From a virus (taxonomy: Duplodnaviria > Caudoviricetes): a DNA stretch of 64,000 nucleotides. Shown here piece after piece: positions 1 through 8,932 of the stretch (positions are counted from its first letter, which is position 1; each line of letters opens with the position of its first letter). The stretch is taken from the IMG/VR virus record IMGVR_UViG_3300003320_000653, positions 6,074-70,073 of that record; one strand, given 5' to 3'. The translations under genes and the position numbers were made by a program. Under the pieces are notes generated by a model that ran no database searches, was not told the DNA's origin, and saw only the letters and a list, made by a program, of their open reading frames with translations.

Positions 1-932
1 AGCGTCTTCGTAGAAAAGGCCTTGATGACCAGCCGCTTGCGGCGCATGAAGGCGCCTTTGGCCTTGGCCCTGAGGAAGCCCTTGATGTCCTCGTCCTTCA
101 TGCTGGGCCGTTCCATCTTCTCTTCGACGAGGGCCTGGAGGTCGCCATCCCTGTTCTTGGAGAAGCGCGTGACGGCGACCTGACCAGCCCTGCGGCTGAT
201 GGAGAAGAGGCTCTGTAGCATGCGGGCCGCGTAGCGCCGCTCGCTCATCTCCAGCGTCACTATCAGCACGCTCCAGCGCTGTTTGATGGCCTGCTTGGCG
301 CAGTGCGTGAGGAACCAGGACTTGCCTTTGCCTCGCGGTGCCATGAGCATGAACAGCTCCTTGCGCCTGGGGATGATGCCGTTGTCGTCGAGCATGGGGA
401 TCCCCAGCTCGAAGCCCTCCTCTTCGGGTTCGTCGATGATGGCGTCTATGGCCTCAGGGCTGTCGAGGCGCAATCCCGCCTCGAAGGCCACGGCTTGCGT
501 GTTGAGGCTCTTCTGCAGGGCGAGTTCACAGTCATCGATGCGCCCGTCGTTCATGGCCTCGATGGCTTCGGCGAGACCAGACTTCAGGTTTTGCTGCCTG
601 ACGAACTTGTGGAGCTGCTGGACGACATAGGCGCCGTTGACACTGTCCTTGCTGAGGAAGAGATTCTCCAGCAGGCGCCTGTAGGTTGATGCCTTGCGGG
701 CATCGTCTCCGTTGAGGATGGACTCCAGGTGGTCGGGGAGGTGCTCCTTGATGGGCTCACCGTATTGCTCGATGTAGTCCATGGCGTGGCCCGCCACTTC
801 GCGGAACACGGTGCTCTCGAAGAGCTTGGGGCTGACTGTTGCACAGACCAGCTTGCAGAATTTATCGTCGAAGCAGAGCACGGAGAGGATGTTCTCCTGC
901 AGCGTGCCGCTCAGTCTCTCGTCGGCGGCCAT
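1..932 (-). CDS. DnaB-like replicative helicase (3' end truncated by window edge)
   Basis: Manual translation from ATG at 932 (MAADERLSGTLQENIL...) stays open to position 1. Walker A 'LMAPRGKGKSW' is followed by 'VLIVTLEMSERRYAARM', typical of SF4 helicases. Confidence 0.85.
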   Translation of the reverse strand, partial: MAADERLSGTLQENILSVLCFDDKFCKLVCATVSPKLFESTVFREVAGHAMDYIEQYGEPIKEHLPDHLESILNGDDARKASTYRRLLENLFLSKDSVNGAYVVQQLHKFVRQQNLKSGLAEAIEAMNDGRIDDCELALQKSLNTQAVAFEAGLRLDSPEAIDAIIDEPEEEGFELGIPMLDDNGIIPRRKELFMLMAPRGKGKSWFLTHCAKQAIKQRWSVLIVTLEMSERRYAARMLQSLFSISRRAGQVAVTRFSKNRDGDLQALVEEKMERPSMKDEDIKGFLRAKAKGAFMRRKRLVIKAFSTKT

Positions 933-935
933 TGC

Positions 936-1205
936 TTATCGATCTGCGAATGCGTGGAGAACGAGGTGGCCGCCCCGCAGTTGGAGTGTTCCCAGGTATT
1001 GCATCTTGTTGATCTCCTCGGGCAACCATTGGCCGGTCCCAACCAGATGAATGGTGATGTTTTCTTTGACTTCGTCGGTGTCGACGCGGGCCCAGAGCTG
1101 AGGCTCTCCGTGCTGAAGCTGGACGCAGAGTAGATGCGCGTTGACGGGAACCTCGACGATAGTGAAATCGCTGATAGCAAGCGTGTATTTGTGAATGGTC
1201 TTCAT
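936..1205 (-). CDS. small conserved phage protein (MKTIHKY.. family, DUF7352-like)
   Basis: 89 aa; MKTIHKYTL...LCVQLQHGEPQLWARVD...GTG...YLGT pattern recognised from many phages. Confidence 0.7.
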   Translation of the reverse strand: MKTIHKYTLAISDFTIVEVPVNAHLLCVQLQHGEPQLWARVDTDEVKENITIHLVGTGQWLPEEINKMQYLGTLQLRGGHLVLHAFADR

Positions 1206-1450
1206 GGCTTCAGTTCTGCAATGAGTTTGGCTTGGCCGCGCAGGAGCTGGGCCTTGCCCGAGTAATCGGCAACCCGCTGGCGATGGTTGACGGCCTGGAG
1301 CCATCGATTCTTGGCGAGAGCCTCGAAGCTCGCCTGCTCTTGAGCTGCCATCTGGTCGTAGTCCTGGGCGGTTCTGGTTAGGAGCTTGGCGGCTTCGGCA
1401 AGGCCTTGCTTGTAGCCGTCTTGATAGGTATAGCGCGGAGTGCCTGGCAT
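1202..1450 (-). CDS. hypothetical protein
   Basis: 82 aa helical ORF, 4-nt overlap with next gene. Confidence 0.65.
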   Translation of the reverse strand: MPGTPRYTYQDGYKQGLAEAAKLLTRTAQDYDQMAAQEQASFEALAKNRWLQAVNHRQRVADYSGKAQLLRGQAKLIAELKP

Positions 1451-1453
1451 GGG

Positions 1454-2293
1454 TCACCTTGGGAGTAGTTGCTCGAAGGCCGCGAGCATCGCGTTCGTCG
1501 TGTCGATGTCGTAGCGGCCCAAGGATTTATACAGGCGGCGCGGGGTGAAGACCTGGGGATCGTGCTCGGGCAGCCGCTCGTCCCTGGGGAAATCCTTGTG
1601 GGGGAGCTGGATGAGGCGCAGGTTGCGGTCGATGACCTCGCCGTGGCTTGCCCTGTATTGGCGCATGAGGGCGGCATCGCGCAAGGCCTTGCGCGCCGTG
1701 ATGGGGCCGACCTTGGGGATGCCTTCGATGTCATTGTGAGTGCCCGTCAGCGCCGTCGTCAGCATGTATTCAGCCGGCGTCAGGCCCAGCTCCTTGAAAA
1801 GGCGCTTGCCGTTCCATAGCTGCCGTATATCGTTGCCGTAGAGATGGAAGTTCTCGGCGTCAAAGAGCTGGTAGAGGTCGCTGTCGTTGGAAGCCGCGTA
1901 GATGGCGTCGAAGCGATAGCCATAGTAGCGCACGGCATGGCCGACAAGATCGTCGCTCTCGAAGCCCTTGACGCGCCATGAGTTGATGCCGCATTCATAG
2001 AGCACGTCGAGGATCATCTCCATGCTGGTCTTGTGGTTCTCCCGGAGCTTCTCGTCGGCCTTGGCCTTGCGCAGGAGCTTGTAGTCGGGGTACTCGAGAC
2101 TGCGCACGTAGGGCTTGCTGTCCTCACAGATCGCCACATGCGTGGCCCGAGTCTCACGGACGGCAGCGGCGAAAGCCATGAAGAAGCCGTACAGACCTCC
2201 TGTGAAGATGCCGCCGCTGCTGAGCTTCGCGTTGGCCGCGCTGGCCCGATAGCTCTGATAGCTCAGGTCAACGCATAGCAGGATTCTTGCCAT
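1454..2293 (-). CDS. 5'-3' exonuclease / flap endonuclease (Pol I N-terminal-like, RNase H-type)
   Basis: VDLSY, GGLYGF, FESDDLVG, SNDSDLYQL and H3TH motif GTHNDIEGIPKVGPITA. Confidence 0.9.
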   Translation of the reverse strand: MARILLCVDLSYQSYRASAANAKLSSGGIFTGGLYGFFMAFAAAVRETRATHVAICEDSKPYVRSLEYPDYKLLRKAKADEKLRENHKTSMEMILDVLYECGINSWRVKGFESDDLVGHAVRYYGYRFDAIYAASNDSDLYQLFDAENFHLYGNDIRQLWNGKRLFKELGLTPAEYMLTTALTGTHNDIEGIPKVGPITARKALRDAALMRQYRASHGEVIDRNLRLIQLPHKDFPRDERLPEHDPQVFTPRRLYKSLGRYDIDTTNAMLAAFEQLLPR

Positions 2294-2732
2294 AGTTCTT
2301 GGTCTCCGCGCGAAGAATTTGGATGGTCTGAAGATTGCCCAGGCGTTTATAGGGGCGCCGCATGGTTGCGCAGAGCGCCGGCTTGGCTTCGGCAAGCAGC
2401 TCGAAGTAAGCCTTAGGCAAGTAGCTCAAAATGCGCTTGCCCGCGTAGAGTTCGACCCAGGGCTTGGCGCGGATCTGCTCGATGAGAACGGCTCTCTCTT
2501 TGTCAGAGAGATTTGGGAGGTAAACGTCGTACCAATCAATGGGCTCATTGGCTCTTATAAGCCCATGCTTGGCGCTGAGAAAAAGAATCTCCTTGCAGCG
2601 CTGCTGGGCATGTAAAACCATTGCATTGAATGGTGGCCCCCGATAAAGGCTCATAGGCGTCTTTCCATCGGGCCATTTTTGACTCGTGCAGGGGATAATG
2701 CCGACGTCGTAGCAGTCGCTCAGGAAAGGCAC
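2268..2732 (-). CDS. DUF6884/YaaA-like protein
   Basis: IIPCTSQK...SLYRGPPF...FLSAKHGLI...PIDWYDVYL signature. Confidence 0.7.
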   Translation of the reverse strand: MPFLSDCYDVGIIPCTSQKWPDGKTPMSLYRGPPFNAMVLHAQQRCKEILFLSAKHGLIRANEPIDWYDVYLPNLSDKERAVLIEQIRAKPWVELYAGKRILSYLPKAYFELLAEAKPALCATMRRPYKRLGNLQTIQILRAETKNYGKNPAMR

Positions 2733-2968
2733 TTCTCGATCTCCTCGGCAAGGACTCGCATGCTCCGGTTGGCCTTATTGCCGAAGGGCCTGTAGACGAC
2801 GGCGCCCTTGTCGACGGGCCGCTGGGTCTTCACGCACTTCGAGTGCTTGCGGGCCTTGCATTTGATCCAGAGCTGGTTGGCAAAGAATTCGCCGAAGTAC
2901 TTGCAATCGACTTCGAGGATCCCGGCCGTTATGCGCTTGGCTTTGACGATGGCAACGGCGGCGTTCAT
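2720..2968 (-). CDS. hypothetical protein (basic, Cys-containing)
   Basis: 82 aa from MNAAVAIVK, overlapping its neighbours. Confidence 0.6.
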   Translation of the reverse strand: MNAAVAIVKAKRITAGILEVDCKYFGEFFANQLWIKCKARKHSKCVKTQRPVDKGAVVYRPFGNKANRSMRVLAEEIEKCLS

Positions 2969-3333
2969 GCCTGGACTTCCTTGATAGCGCGGGAAGAGTT
3001 TGGCGCCTCGTCTTCCTGCTCGTCGCCGAGATCCTCGCCTTTGATGGGGAGCAGATGAACGGCCCGGAACCCAGGCAAGCAATTGCAGCCTCGCATTTCC
3101 TGGGGAAGCTCTTCGCTTGCGTTGATCCAGAGGATTGGGCGCTCGGTGAAGGTTCCGCGAACCGCCAGGATGGGGCGGCTGGCGGCCTCGAAGGTCCAGT
3201 ATTGGAACCGGCCCTGGCAAGAGGTCCGGTGTTCCACCAGGGTCACCAGTGCGCCGATGTTTTCCTCGAAGCCCCGGTTCTCACCGATGACGATGCAAAC
3301 GGCGCCCGGCTCAAGTTTGCCTGCAGCCATCAC
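2965..3333 (-). CDS. hypothetical protein
   Basis: 122 aa, overlap-coupled to flanking genes. Confidence 0.65.
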   Translation of the reverse strand: MMAAGKLEPGAVCIVIGENRGFEENIGALVTLVEHRTSCQGRFQYWTFEAASRPILAVRGTFTERPILWINASEELPQEMRGCNCLPGFRAVHLLPIKGEDLGDEQEDEAPNSSRAIKEVQA

Positions 3334-3752
3334 GCCACCCCTTTAATTTTCTTATGCCAACGACGCCCCTTCATTACGCGGCCATTAATTCGGGCCTGTT
3401 CAGCCCGCTGGGTGGCTTTGTGGGGGCTGAGCACGTAGAGTGCATGCATACGGTTTTCCCTTCTCGTGACGTATTCCAAATTGCTTGATCTAGTGTTGCC
3501 TTTGACGCCATCTTTGTGGTTGACCTCCTGCCCCGGAGGACAAGGTCCATGGAAAGCCGCAGCCACTACCTGATGCATCATGTTGTAGTCCATGCCGAAG
3601 ACCTGCAGGTAGCCATCTGAGCGTTGGGCGCCCTTGCTAATGCGCCCGATCCATGTCCCAGGTCCAGCGAGGACCCGCCGTAGCAATCCTTCATTGCTCA
3701 CTTCATAGCGGGGGTCTCCCGGAACGGGAAGCCAAAGGGGCTCCCGTTTCAT
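3330..3752 (-). CDS. NUMOD4/HNH homing endonuclease
   Basis: WLPVPGDPRYEVSNEG (NUMOD4) and HQVVAAAFHG...VNHKDGVKGNTRSSNLEY (HNH_3). Confidence 0.9.
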   Translation of the reverse strand: MKREPLWLPVPGDPRYEVSNEGLLRRVLAGPGTWIGRISKGAQRSDGYLQVFGMDYNMMHQVVAAAFHGPCPPGQEVNHKDGVKGNTRSSNLEYVTRRENRMHALYVLSPHKATQRAEQARINGRVMKGRRWHKKIKGVA

Positions 3753-4471
3753 GGCACTTGAATTAGCTTGTGGATCTGCAGGCTGAGGCGATAGCCGTGC
3801 TTGAGGCAGAGATCGCGCGCCAGATCTCGATTGACGGCGTTGAGCACCTCGTCGTAGTCGTCACAGGGCGAGAGCCAAATGGTATTCATCGCCGAGGGTT
3901 CAGGCCTATAGATATGGCTCACGAGGCCCTTGGTTGCGACTTGGGTGCCGTAGTTGGGCAGGCCATCTGTAGCCAGGATCTCGCCGCCCCGAATGATGTA
4001 CTTCCAGTCGTGGCAGCGCTTCTCGATCTCCGGGTGAACACGGGGCGTCTTGGGGCTGCACACGAACTGAATTCTCCAGGGCTCGTCGAGGTCTTCGAGG
4101 CCCGGCTGCCATAGGGTACCAGCGGTCTCCACCTGAATGAGTTCAGTGCCGCCACGAATGAGGGCATCAGCGAGCCAGGACCAGTCTTGCCGCATGGGCT
4201 CGCCACCCGTCATGACGACGAGCTTGCGCTGCTCCACGCTGAAGTCGCGTTCGATGCGTGCCATGATGTCGCCCAGCTTCTCGGGCATATCGGCGCGGCT
4301 CTCGAATTGCGTGTCGCAGAAATGACAGGCGAGATTGCAGCCCGCCAAGCGGATGAAGAGGGCCGGTCGGCCGCCCTGGGGGCCCTCGCCCTGGATGGTG
4401 TAGAAGATATCCTCCACGGCCAAGACCTGAGGGTTTCGCTGGATAGAGCGAATGGGATTTTTTCCGAACAT
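3749..4471 (-). CDS. queE: 7-carboxy-7-deazaguanine synthase (radical SAM)
   Basis: IFYTIQGEG...FIRLAGCNLACHFCDT, TGGEP, ETAGT, CSPK, RLSLQIHK. Confidence 0.95.
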   Translation of the reverse strand: MFGKNPIRSIQRNPQVLAVEDIFYTIQGEGPQGGRPALFIRLAGCNLACHFCDTQFESRADMPEKLGDIMARIERDFSVEQRKLVVMTGGEPMRQDWSWLADALIRGGTELIQVETAGTLWQPGLEDLDEPWRIQFVCSPKTPRVHPEIEKRCHDWKYIIRGGEILATDGLPNYGTQVATKGLVSHIYRPEPSAMNTIWLSPCDDYDEVLNAVNRDLARDLCLKHGYRLSLQIHKLIQVP

Positions 4472-4501
4472 GATTCTCCTTGCGGGTTGGGGTTGCCCGC
4501 A

Positions 4502-4543
4502 ATTATACTGAGCTGCCCGGTCTTTATCAGGACCTTATATAAT
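4502..4543. promoter_or_regulatory. divergent promoter region with degenerate palindromic operator
   Basis: TATAAT on minus (4502-4507) and plus (4538-4543) strands flank GGTCTTTATCAGGACC (4519-4534). Confidence 0.5.
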
Positions 4544-4580
4544 CTTGACGCGTATCAACCCAAGGAAAGGAAACGCAATC

Positions 4581-5021
4581 ATGAGCACCCGCAACGCCAT
4601 CACCACCAAGGCCATCCAGCAGGCTTTCGCCGTCAGCCACATGACCGTGCATGCCTGGCGCAAAGGCACCCCGAGCAAGGACCCGTTGCCCGTCATCGAA
4701 ACCGGCACGCGCGACGTGCTTTTCAAGCCCGCCGACGTCAAGCGCTGGGCCAAGGCGCACAAGATCGACATCGTCGACGCCAAGGCCCTGGATCCGAGTA
4801 ACGTAGACCATGCGAAGCCCGGCCCGAAAGCCAAGGCCAAGGCAGTCGTGAAGGCCGCCACGCAGAGCGGTAAGAAGAGCCTCGCCAAGATCATCGCCGG
4901 GGCCAAGAAGCCGCTGCCGCGACCCGGCGAAAAGGGCTACGTGGCGCCGAAGCGCAAGGCAGTCCGGGCTTCCTCCGTCGACAAGGCGGAAGGCCGTGCA
5001 CGCGGCTACATGGCGATCTAA
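4581..5021 (+). CDS. HTH DNA-binding protein with Lys/Ala/Pro-rich tail
   Basis: RBS AAGGAAAGGA; IQQAFAVSHMTVHAWRKG resembles an HTH; C-terminus is K/A/P-rich. Confidence 0.65.
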   Translation: MSTRNAITTKAIQQAFAVSHMTVHAWRKGTPSKDPLPVIETGTRDVLFKPADVKRWAKAHKIDIVDAKALDPSNVDHAKPGPKAKAKAVVKAATQSGKKSLAKIIAGAKKPLPRPGEKGYVAPKRKAVRASSVDKAEGRARGYMAI

Positions 5022-5032
5022 CGGAGAGCTGC

Positions 5033-5728
5033 GTGAAGAAACCCGTGAGCTTCGCAAGACCTCGTAGAGCTGCCCCCGGCAAGGCTGACGAGAAACCCGC
5101 TACGGGCTCCGGGGTGGGAGGTAGGGGGTGGTCCCCCCTAAAGGGGGAACAACCACCCCCTAACCCTATCCCGCCCTGGCCTCCTGAAAGTGAAATGAAT
5201 GAAGACCAGCGGCTTGCCTACGTGGTCGCGCTGGCTGCATCCCTGAAGCCCGCTAGCCGCAAGAAGCTGCTAGACCAATTAGCCCTCCTTGCCGCCCAAG
5301 ACAAGACCGGGAAGGCAGACCGGGACATCAGCATGTGGGCTACGAGCGTTTATGAGGCCTTCACACGGGCCTTCGGCGCCTCGGCCGGGGCAGGGCAAGG
5401 CCCCCTTGTTTTTCAGCGCGTGCTAGGGGCCTCTACGGCGTGGGCACCCGTGGAGGCTTTCATGCAAGCCAGCGGCCTCGCCCAGCAGGCCGTAGTGAAG
5501 CGGCAGGCCGTCTACAGGCTCCTCGCCCATCTCGTCGTGCAACGCGCTAAGTCCGTGGCCGCCCACACGCGGGCTCCCGTGAGCCTGAAATTCGTGGCGA
5601 ACGTGGCCAGGGAAGTCAACGCCATTTTCGAGGCCGAGTTCCCCGGCTACCTCGCCGCAGGCCTCGCACCCCTTGTTGCCGCCCAGCTCGGCAAGGACGC
5701 CCCCCACGGGCGGGAAGCCCTTCTATAA
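5033..5728 (+). CDS. hypothetical protein
   Basis: 231 aa ORF, GGAGA RBS before GTG, Pro-rich N-terminus, helical core. Confidence 0.7.
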   Translation: MKKPVSFARPRRAAPGKADEKPATGSGVGGRGWSPLKGEQPPPNPIPPWPPESEMNEDQRLAYVVALAASLKPASRKKLLDQLALLAAQDKTGKADRDISMWATSVYEAFTRAFGASAGAGQGPLVFQRVLGASTAWAPVEAFMQASGLAQQAVVKRQAVYRLLAHLVVQRAKSVAAHTRAPVSLKFVANVAREVNAIFEAEFPGYLAAGLAPLVAAQLGKDAPHGREALL

Positions 5729-5803
5729 GGGCGCTGGGACCTGGGGCCCGATGGGCTTCCAGGGCGCCCAGAAAAATATTTTTAATTTTTCCCCACAAAA
5801 GTG

Positions 5804-5833
5804 TTGCACGAGACTTTATAAAGTCTTTAGAAT
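5804..5833 (+). promoter_or_regulatory. sigma70-like early promoter with perfect 16-bp palindrome in spacer
   Basis: TTGCAC-18nt-TAGAAT, AT-rich UP-like tract upstream; AGACTTTATAAAGTCT at 5811-5826. Confidence 0.75.
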
Positions 5834-5884
5834 CGACGCATGGGTTCAGGGCTTCGCCGAAGCCGCCCGAACGGAGATTCCAAG

Positions 5885-6082
5885 ATGAGCCAAATTCGCA
5901 TTCTCTGGATTGAGGGCCCTCAGGCTGGCCAGCGTCAGCACATTGAGGGTTCGGAGCTTCATGAAGTGGGTAGCACATGGTCGAGCGAGGAGGGACGCTA
6001 TGTTGTTGAGAGCGCTCCTTTCCAGCAAACTTTGGTGCCCATGCAAAGCCCAGAGTATCTGCGAAGCATTGGTCTAATTTGA
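5885..6082 (+). CDS. hypothetical protein
   Basis: 65 aa, GGAGA RBS, first gene after promoter. Confidence 0.65.
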   Translation: MSQIRILWIEGPQAGQRQHIEGSELHEVGSTWSSEEGRYVVESAPFQQTLVPMQSPEYLRSIGLI

Positions 6083-6165
6083 GAGCAGCGACCATTAGCC
6101 CTCAGGCGAGGGCCTTGGCCGGAGCTTTCCGGGAGAAACCATCAATCTTTTCTAGGAGCTACCAA

Positions 6166-7185
6166 ATGAACGCAAAGACCACCGCCCTCGAAATCCTGAA
6201 CGCCGCAGCCAAAGGTGAGGCGCCCATCACCCCCGAGGCTTCCGCTGCCGGCCGCAAGGAAGCCGCTGGGATCGTGAAGCGCTCGTCGGCTTTCTACGCT
6301 GACCCGCGTACCATCATGCCCAAGCTCACCGAAGACGGCGAGCGCTTCAACAAGCGCTTCGACTTCGGCGACATCGAGGGCCTGGAGGCGAGCATCAAGG
6401 CCAATGGCTTGCTCATGCCCCTGCGCGTGAAGCGCATCGCCGCCAAGGAAGTCGATGGCCAGGCGAAGAACTTCGAGCTGATCGACGGCGAGCGCCGCCT
6501 CACGGCCATCATGAACATCCTGAAGAAGAACAGCGCGGCCTTCCCCGAGGGCGTGCTGGTCATCATCGTCGACAAGGACCAGAGCGACGTCAAGAGCCTC
6601 ATCCAGATGTACGTGGCGAATGGCGGCAAGGCTTTTACGCCCATCGAGGAAGCCCACGCCTTCAAGGAGATGCGCACCTCGGGCATGAGCATCAAGCAGA
6701 TCTGCGCGGAAACGGGCAAGGCGCACATGCACGTCACGGAGATCCTTGCCCTCCTCGATGGCGACGAGACGCTCGTGAAGGCCGCCACGGATGGCACGAT
6801 CGGCAAGACCATGGCGAAGACCCTGGCGCGCTTTGGCAAGGACAAGCAGAAGCAGGCCGAGCTGACGAAGGCCGCCGTGGATGCGGGCAAGGACAAGAAG
6901 AAGCTGACGGCCGTCAAGAAGGCCATTCAAGATGCGCGTGCCGATAAGGCAGCCAAGAAGGGCCGCACGCTGAAGATCCGCGCCCTCGACGACGCCGCCT
7001 TGAGCGAGCTGGGCCGCAAGCTCGCCGAGGGCATGGCTGCCAAGCTCAAGGACGCAGGCAAGCCCTTGGACTTCGATATGGAGGCCTGGGTCGCCAAGGA
7101 CGAAAGCCTGGCCCTGGCTGCGGCCTTCGGTGCCCTCCAGGCCCTGAAGGCTGCGGCGGGCATGAAGATCGACCTGGACTTCTGA
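6166..7185 (+). CDS. ParB/Spo0J-like N-terminal domain protein
   Basis: IEGLEASIKANGLLMPLRV...FELIDGERRLTA, then HTH-like region; AGGAG RBS. Confidence 0.85.
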   Translation: MNAKTTALEILNAAAKGEAPITPEASAAGRKEAAGIVKRSSAFYADPRTIMPKLTEDGERFNKRFDFGDIEGLEASIKANGLLMPLRVKRIAAKEVDGQAKNFELIDGERRLTAIMNILKKNSAAFPEGVLVIIVDKDQSDVKSLIQMYVANGGKAFTPIEEAHAFKEMRTSGMSIKQICAETGKAHMHVTEILALLDGDETLVKAATDGTIGKTMAKTLARFGKDKQKQAELTKAAVDAGKDKKKLTAVKKAIQDARADKAAKKGRTLKIRALDDAALSELGRKLAEGMAAKLKDAGKPLDFDMEAWVAKDESLALAAAFGALQALKAAAGMKIDLDF

Positions 7186-7412
7186 TGGATTCCAAGGAGG
7201 TTGAGGCGCTCCGCGTGCAATTCGAGCGCCTCGCCAACAAAAACTCTGCGTGGGGGTTGAGGCGATCCCGCAAAGGTAACTACGTTAGCCCAGCAATCTC
7301 TAGAGATTGGAAGTGGTTCCAGCTCGGCGCCATTGCTGAAACAATGAGGAAAGAAAATGAAAGTCCTGATGCACGCCAAGCCCATGAGACGCCACACCTC
7401 GGCGGTTCGTGA
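7185..7412 (+). CDS. hypothetical protein
   Basis: 75 aa, start overlaps ParB stop. Confidence 0.6.
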   Translation: MDSKEVEALRVQFERLANKNSAWGLRRSRKGNYVSPAISRDWKWFQLGAIAETMRKENESPDARQAHETPHLGGS

Positions 7413-7722
7413 GGCAAGCTGCGACACCTACGTGCGCAGCCCTTCGGATTTCGGCTTGGGGCACCCCAACCCCGGCCTCCACTTGGTCTTCACGGTCGAT
7501 GGCGCCGACCAACGCGTTATCTTTGGTGCCGATGCCATCGAGGCCCTGGCCGTTGCCGTGAAGATGGCCCGTACAGCGCTGGAGGTCGTCGATCCCGTAG
7601 ACGCTGAGCCCGCCATTCTCTTGTGTGAGGCGCTCGACTATATCGGCGATGACGCCAAGGGCCGAGAGGCTCGCGTGCGCATCGAGGAGGCTATCTCTCG
7701 CTTGATGTGGAGGGCAGCATGA
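7357..7722 (+). CDS. hypothetical protein
   Basis: 121 aa, GAGGA RBS. Confidence 0.65.
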   Translation: MKVLMHAKPMRRHTSAVREASCDTYVRSPSDFGLGHPNPGLHLVFTVDGADQRVIFGADAIEALAVAVKMARTALEVVDPVDAEPAILLCEALDYIGDDAKGREARVRIEEAISRLMWRAA

Positions 7723-7922
7723 CGCAATGGGATGAAGAGTATTGGCGCCGACTGGCGCTCGAGTCCCAGCGCAAGGCCGAGAACTGCTACGCAGCGGCCA
7801 TGCTCAACCGGGAGTTTGCATCGGCCTCCATTGCCCGCGTTTGGCAAAATGAAGCCTATCAGGCCCACCTCAAAACCCTGGCCCGCCTCGGCTTGGCCGC
7901 TGAAGAAAGAAAGACGTCATGA
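7719..7922 (+). CDS. hypothetical protein
   Basis: 67 aa from MTQWDEE, ATGA overlap. Confidence 0.6.
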   Translation: MTQWDEEYWRRLALESQRKAENCYAAAMLNREFASASIARVWQNEAYQAHLKTLARLGLAAEERKTS

Positions 7923-8140
7923 CCACTATTCAATCTATGCGAAAGTCCAAGGTGCAGCAGGAAGAAGAGCTGCTCTTGCCTCTTGAAGACGCTCTGCGTC
8001 TCAATGAACATTTGGCACGAGCCGTCCGAGATGCCATTGCTAATCCAAAGAGCGAGGTGAAAGTTCATCTAGGCTTGGATGAAGATCGGCAAACTCGTCT
8101 CTTCATTGTCGTTTCCACTAACTTCAAGGCACCATCATGA
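7919..8140 (+). CDS. hypothetical protein
   Basis: 73 aa, ATGA overlaps at both ends. Confidence 0.6.
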   Translation: MTTIQSMRKSKVQQEEELLLPLEDALRLNEHLARAVRDAIANPKSEVKVHLGLDEDRQTRLFIVVSTNFKAPS

Positions 8141-8568
8141 ACTTCCATTACTTTCACACGGCGCGCGGCGCCATCGCCATCCGCAGCCAGGCAGAGCGCC
8201 GCGACTACAGACGCTTGGCGTGGCGAGCCGCTCTCATCGTCTTCGCGTTCCTGGCGTCGGCCTTTTTCATGGCTCCGGCTGCTAAGGCCGAAGTCGTGCA
8301 ATACGATCAGAAGCTCGCCCAGGACCGCATGGTTCTCATCCAGCTCATCTACCGGACAAGCGACTGCATGCACACGGCCGCCAAGGCTGGGCTCGCCGCA
8401 GGCATGAGTCGCCGCGAGCATCTGGAAGCCTTTGCGGCTTCTTCCTGTGGCCCAGCTATCCGTGACTTCATGGTCACCCGTGTGGGCATGACGCCCAGGG
8501 ACTCCGAACGTGCTGTCAATGCCATGGCCGCCGATGCCGTGAAAGACGTGCTGAGCTGGGGCCGCTAG
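8137..8568 (+). CDS. membrane-anchored/exported hypothetical protein
   Basis: Hydrophobic segment LAWRAALIVFAFLASAFFMAPAAKA; two Cys in the soluble part. Confidence 0.7.
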   Translation: MNFHYFHTARGAIAIRSQAERRDYRRLAWRAALIVFAFLASAFFMAPAAKAEVVQYDQKLAQDRMVLIQLIYRTSDCMHTAAKAGLAAGMSRREHLEAFAASSCGPAIRDFMVTRVGMTPRDSERAVNAMAADAVKDVLSWGR

Positions 8569-8587
8569 CCACGCTTCAGCCCAAGGG

Positions 8588-8610
8588 GCCCGCTTCGGCG
8601 GGCTTTTTTT
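8588..8610 (+). terminator. rho-independent terminator
   Basis: GCCCGC-TTCG-GCGGGC followed by T7. Confidence 0.9.
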
Positions 8611-8629
8611 ATTTGGGGCAAAGAAATGC

Positions 8630-8659
8630 TTGCACGAGTCTTTATAAAGTCGTTAGAAT
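8630..8659 (+). promoter_or_regulatory. second copy of the early promoter
   Basis: TTGCAC-18nt-TAGAAT; 8630-8662 matches 5804-5836 at 31 of 33 positions. Confidence 0.75.
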
Positions 8660-8686
8660 CGAGGCATCGCAACAAGGAGCCCTGAA

Positions 8687-8854
8687 ATGAACACCTACCG
8701 CTATACGGCTGAATTCCAGATCCAGACCCGCTTCATCTTCGTGCACTGCGAGACTCCGGGCCAAGGCCTCGCATTCCTTCGCAAGACCTATCCCACCGCA
8801 ACGATCTCCTACGATCAAATCGACCACAGCCACCTGGCTGACTTCCGCCTCTGA
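8687..8854 (+). CDS. small early protein
   Basis: 55 aa (MNTYRYTAEFQ...), AAGGAG RBS, directly after promoter; absent from ORF track, translated manually. Confidence 0.65.
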   Translation: MNTYRYTAEFQIQTRFIFVHCETPGQGLAFLRKTYPTATISYDQIDHSHLADFRL

Positions 8855-8932
8855 GCTGACCCAACCCTCCTAGGCGCTTCCCGCGAGGCGCCTAGTGGGG
8901 CAACGTCGCCCAGATCAACAGAGGAAAATCAA

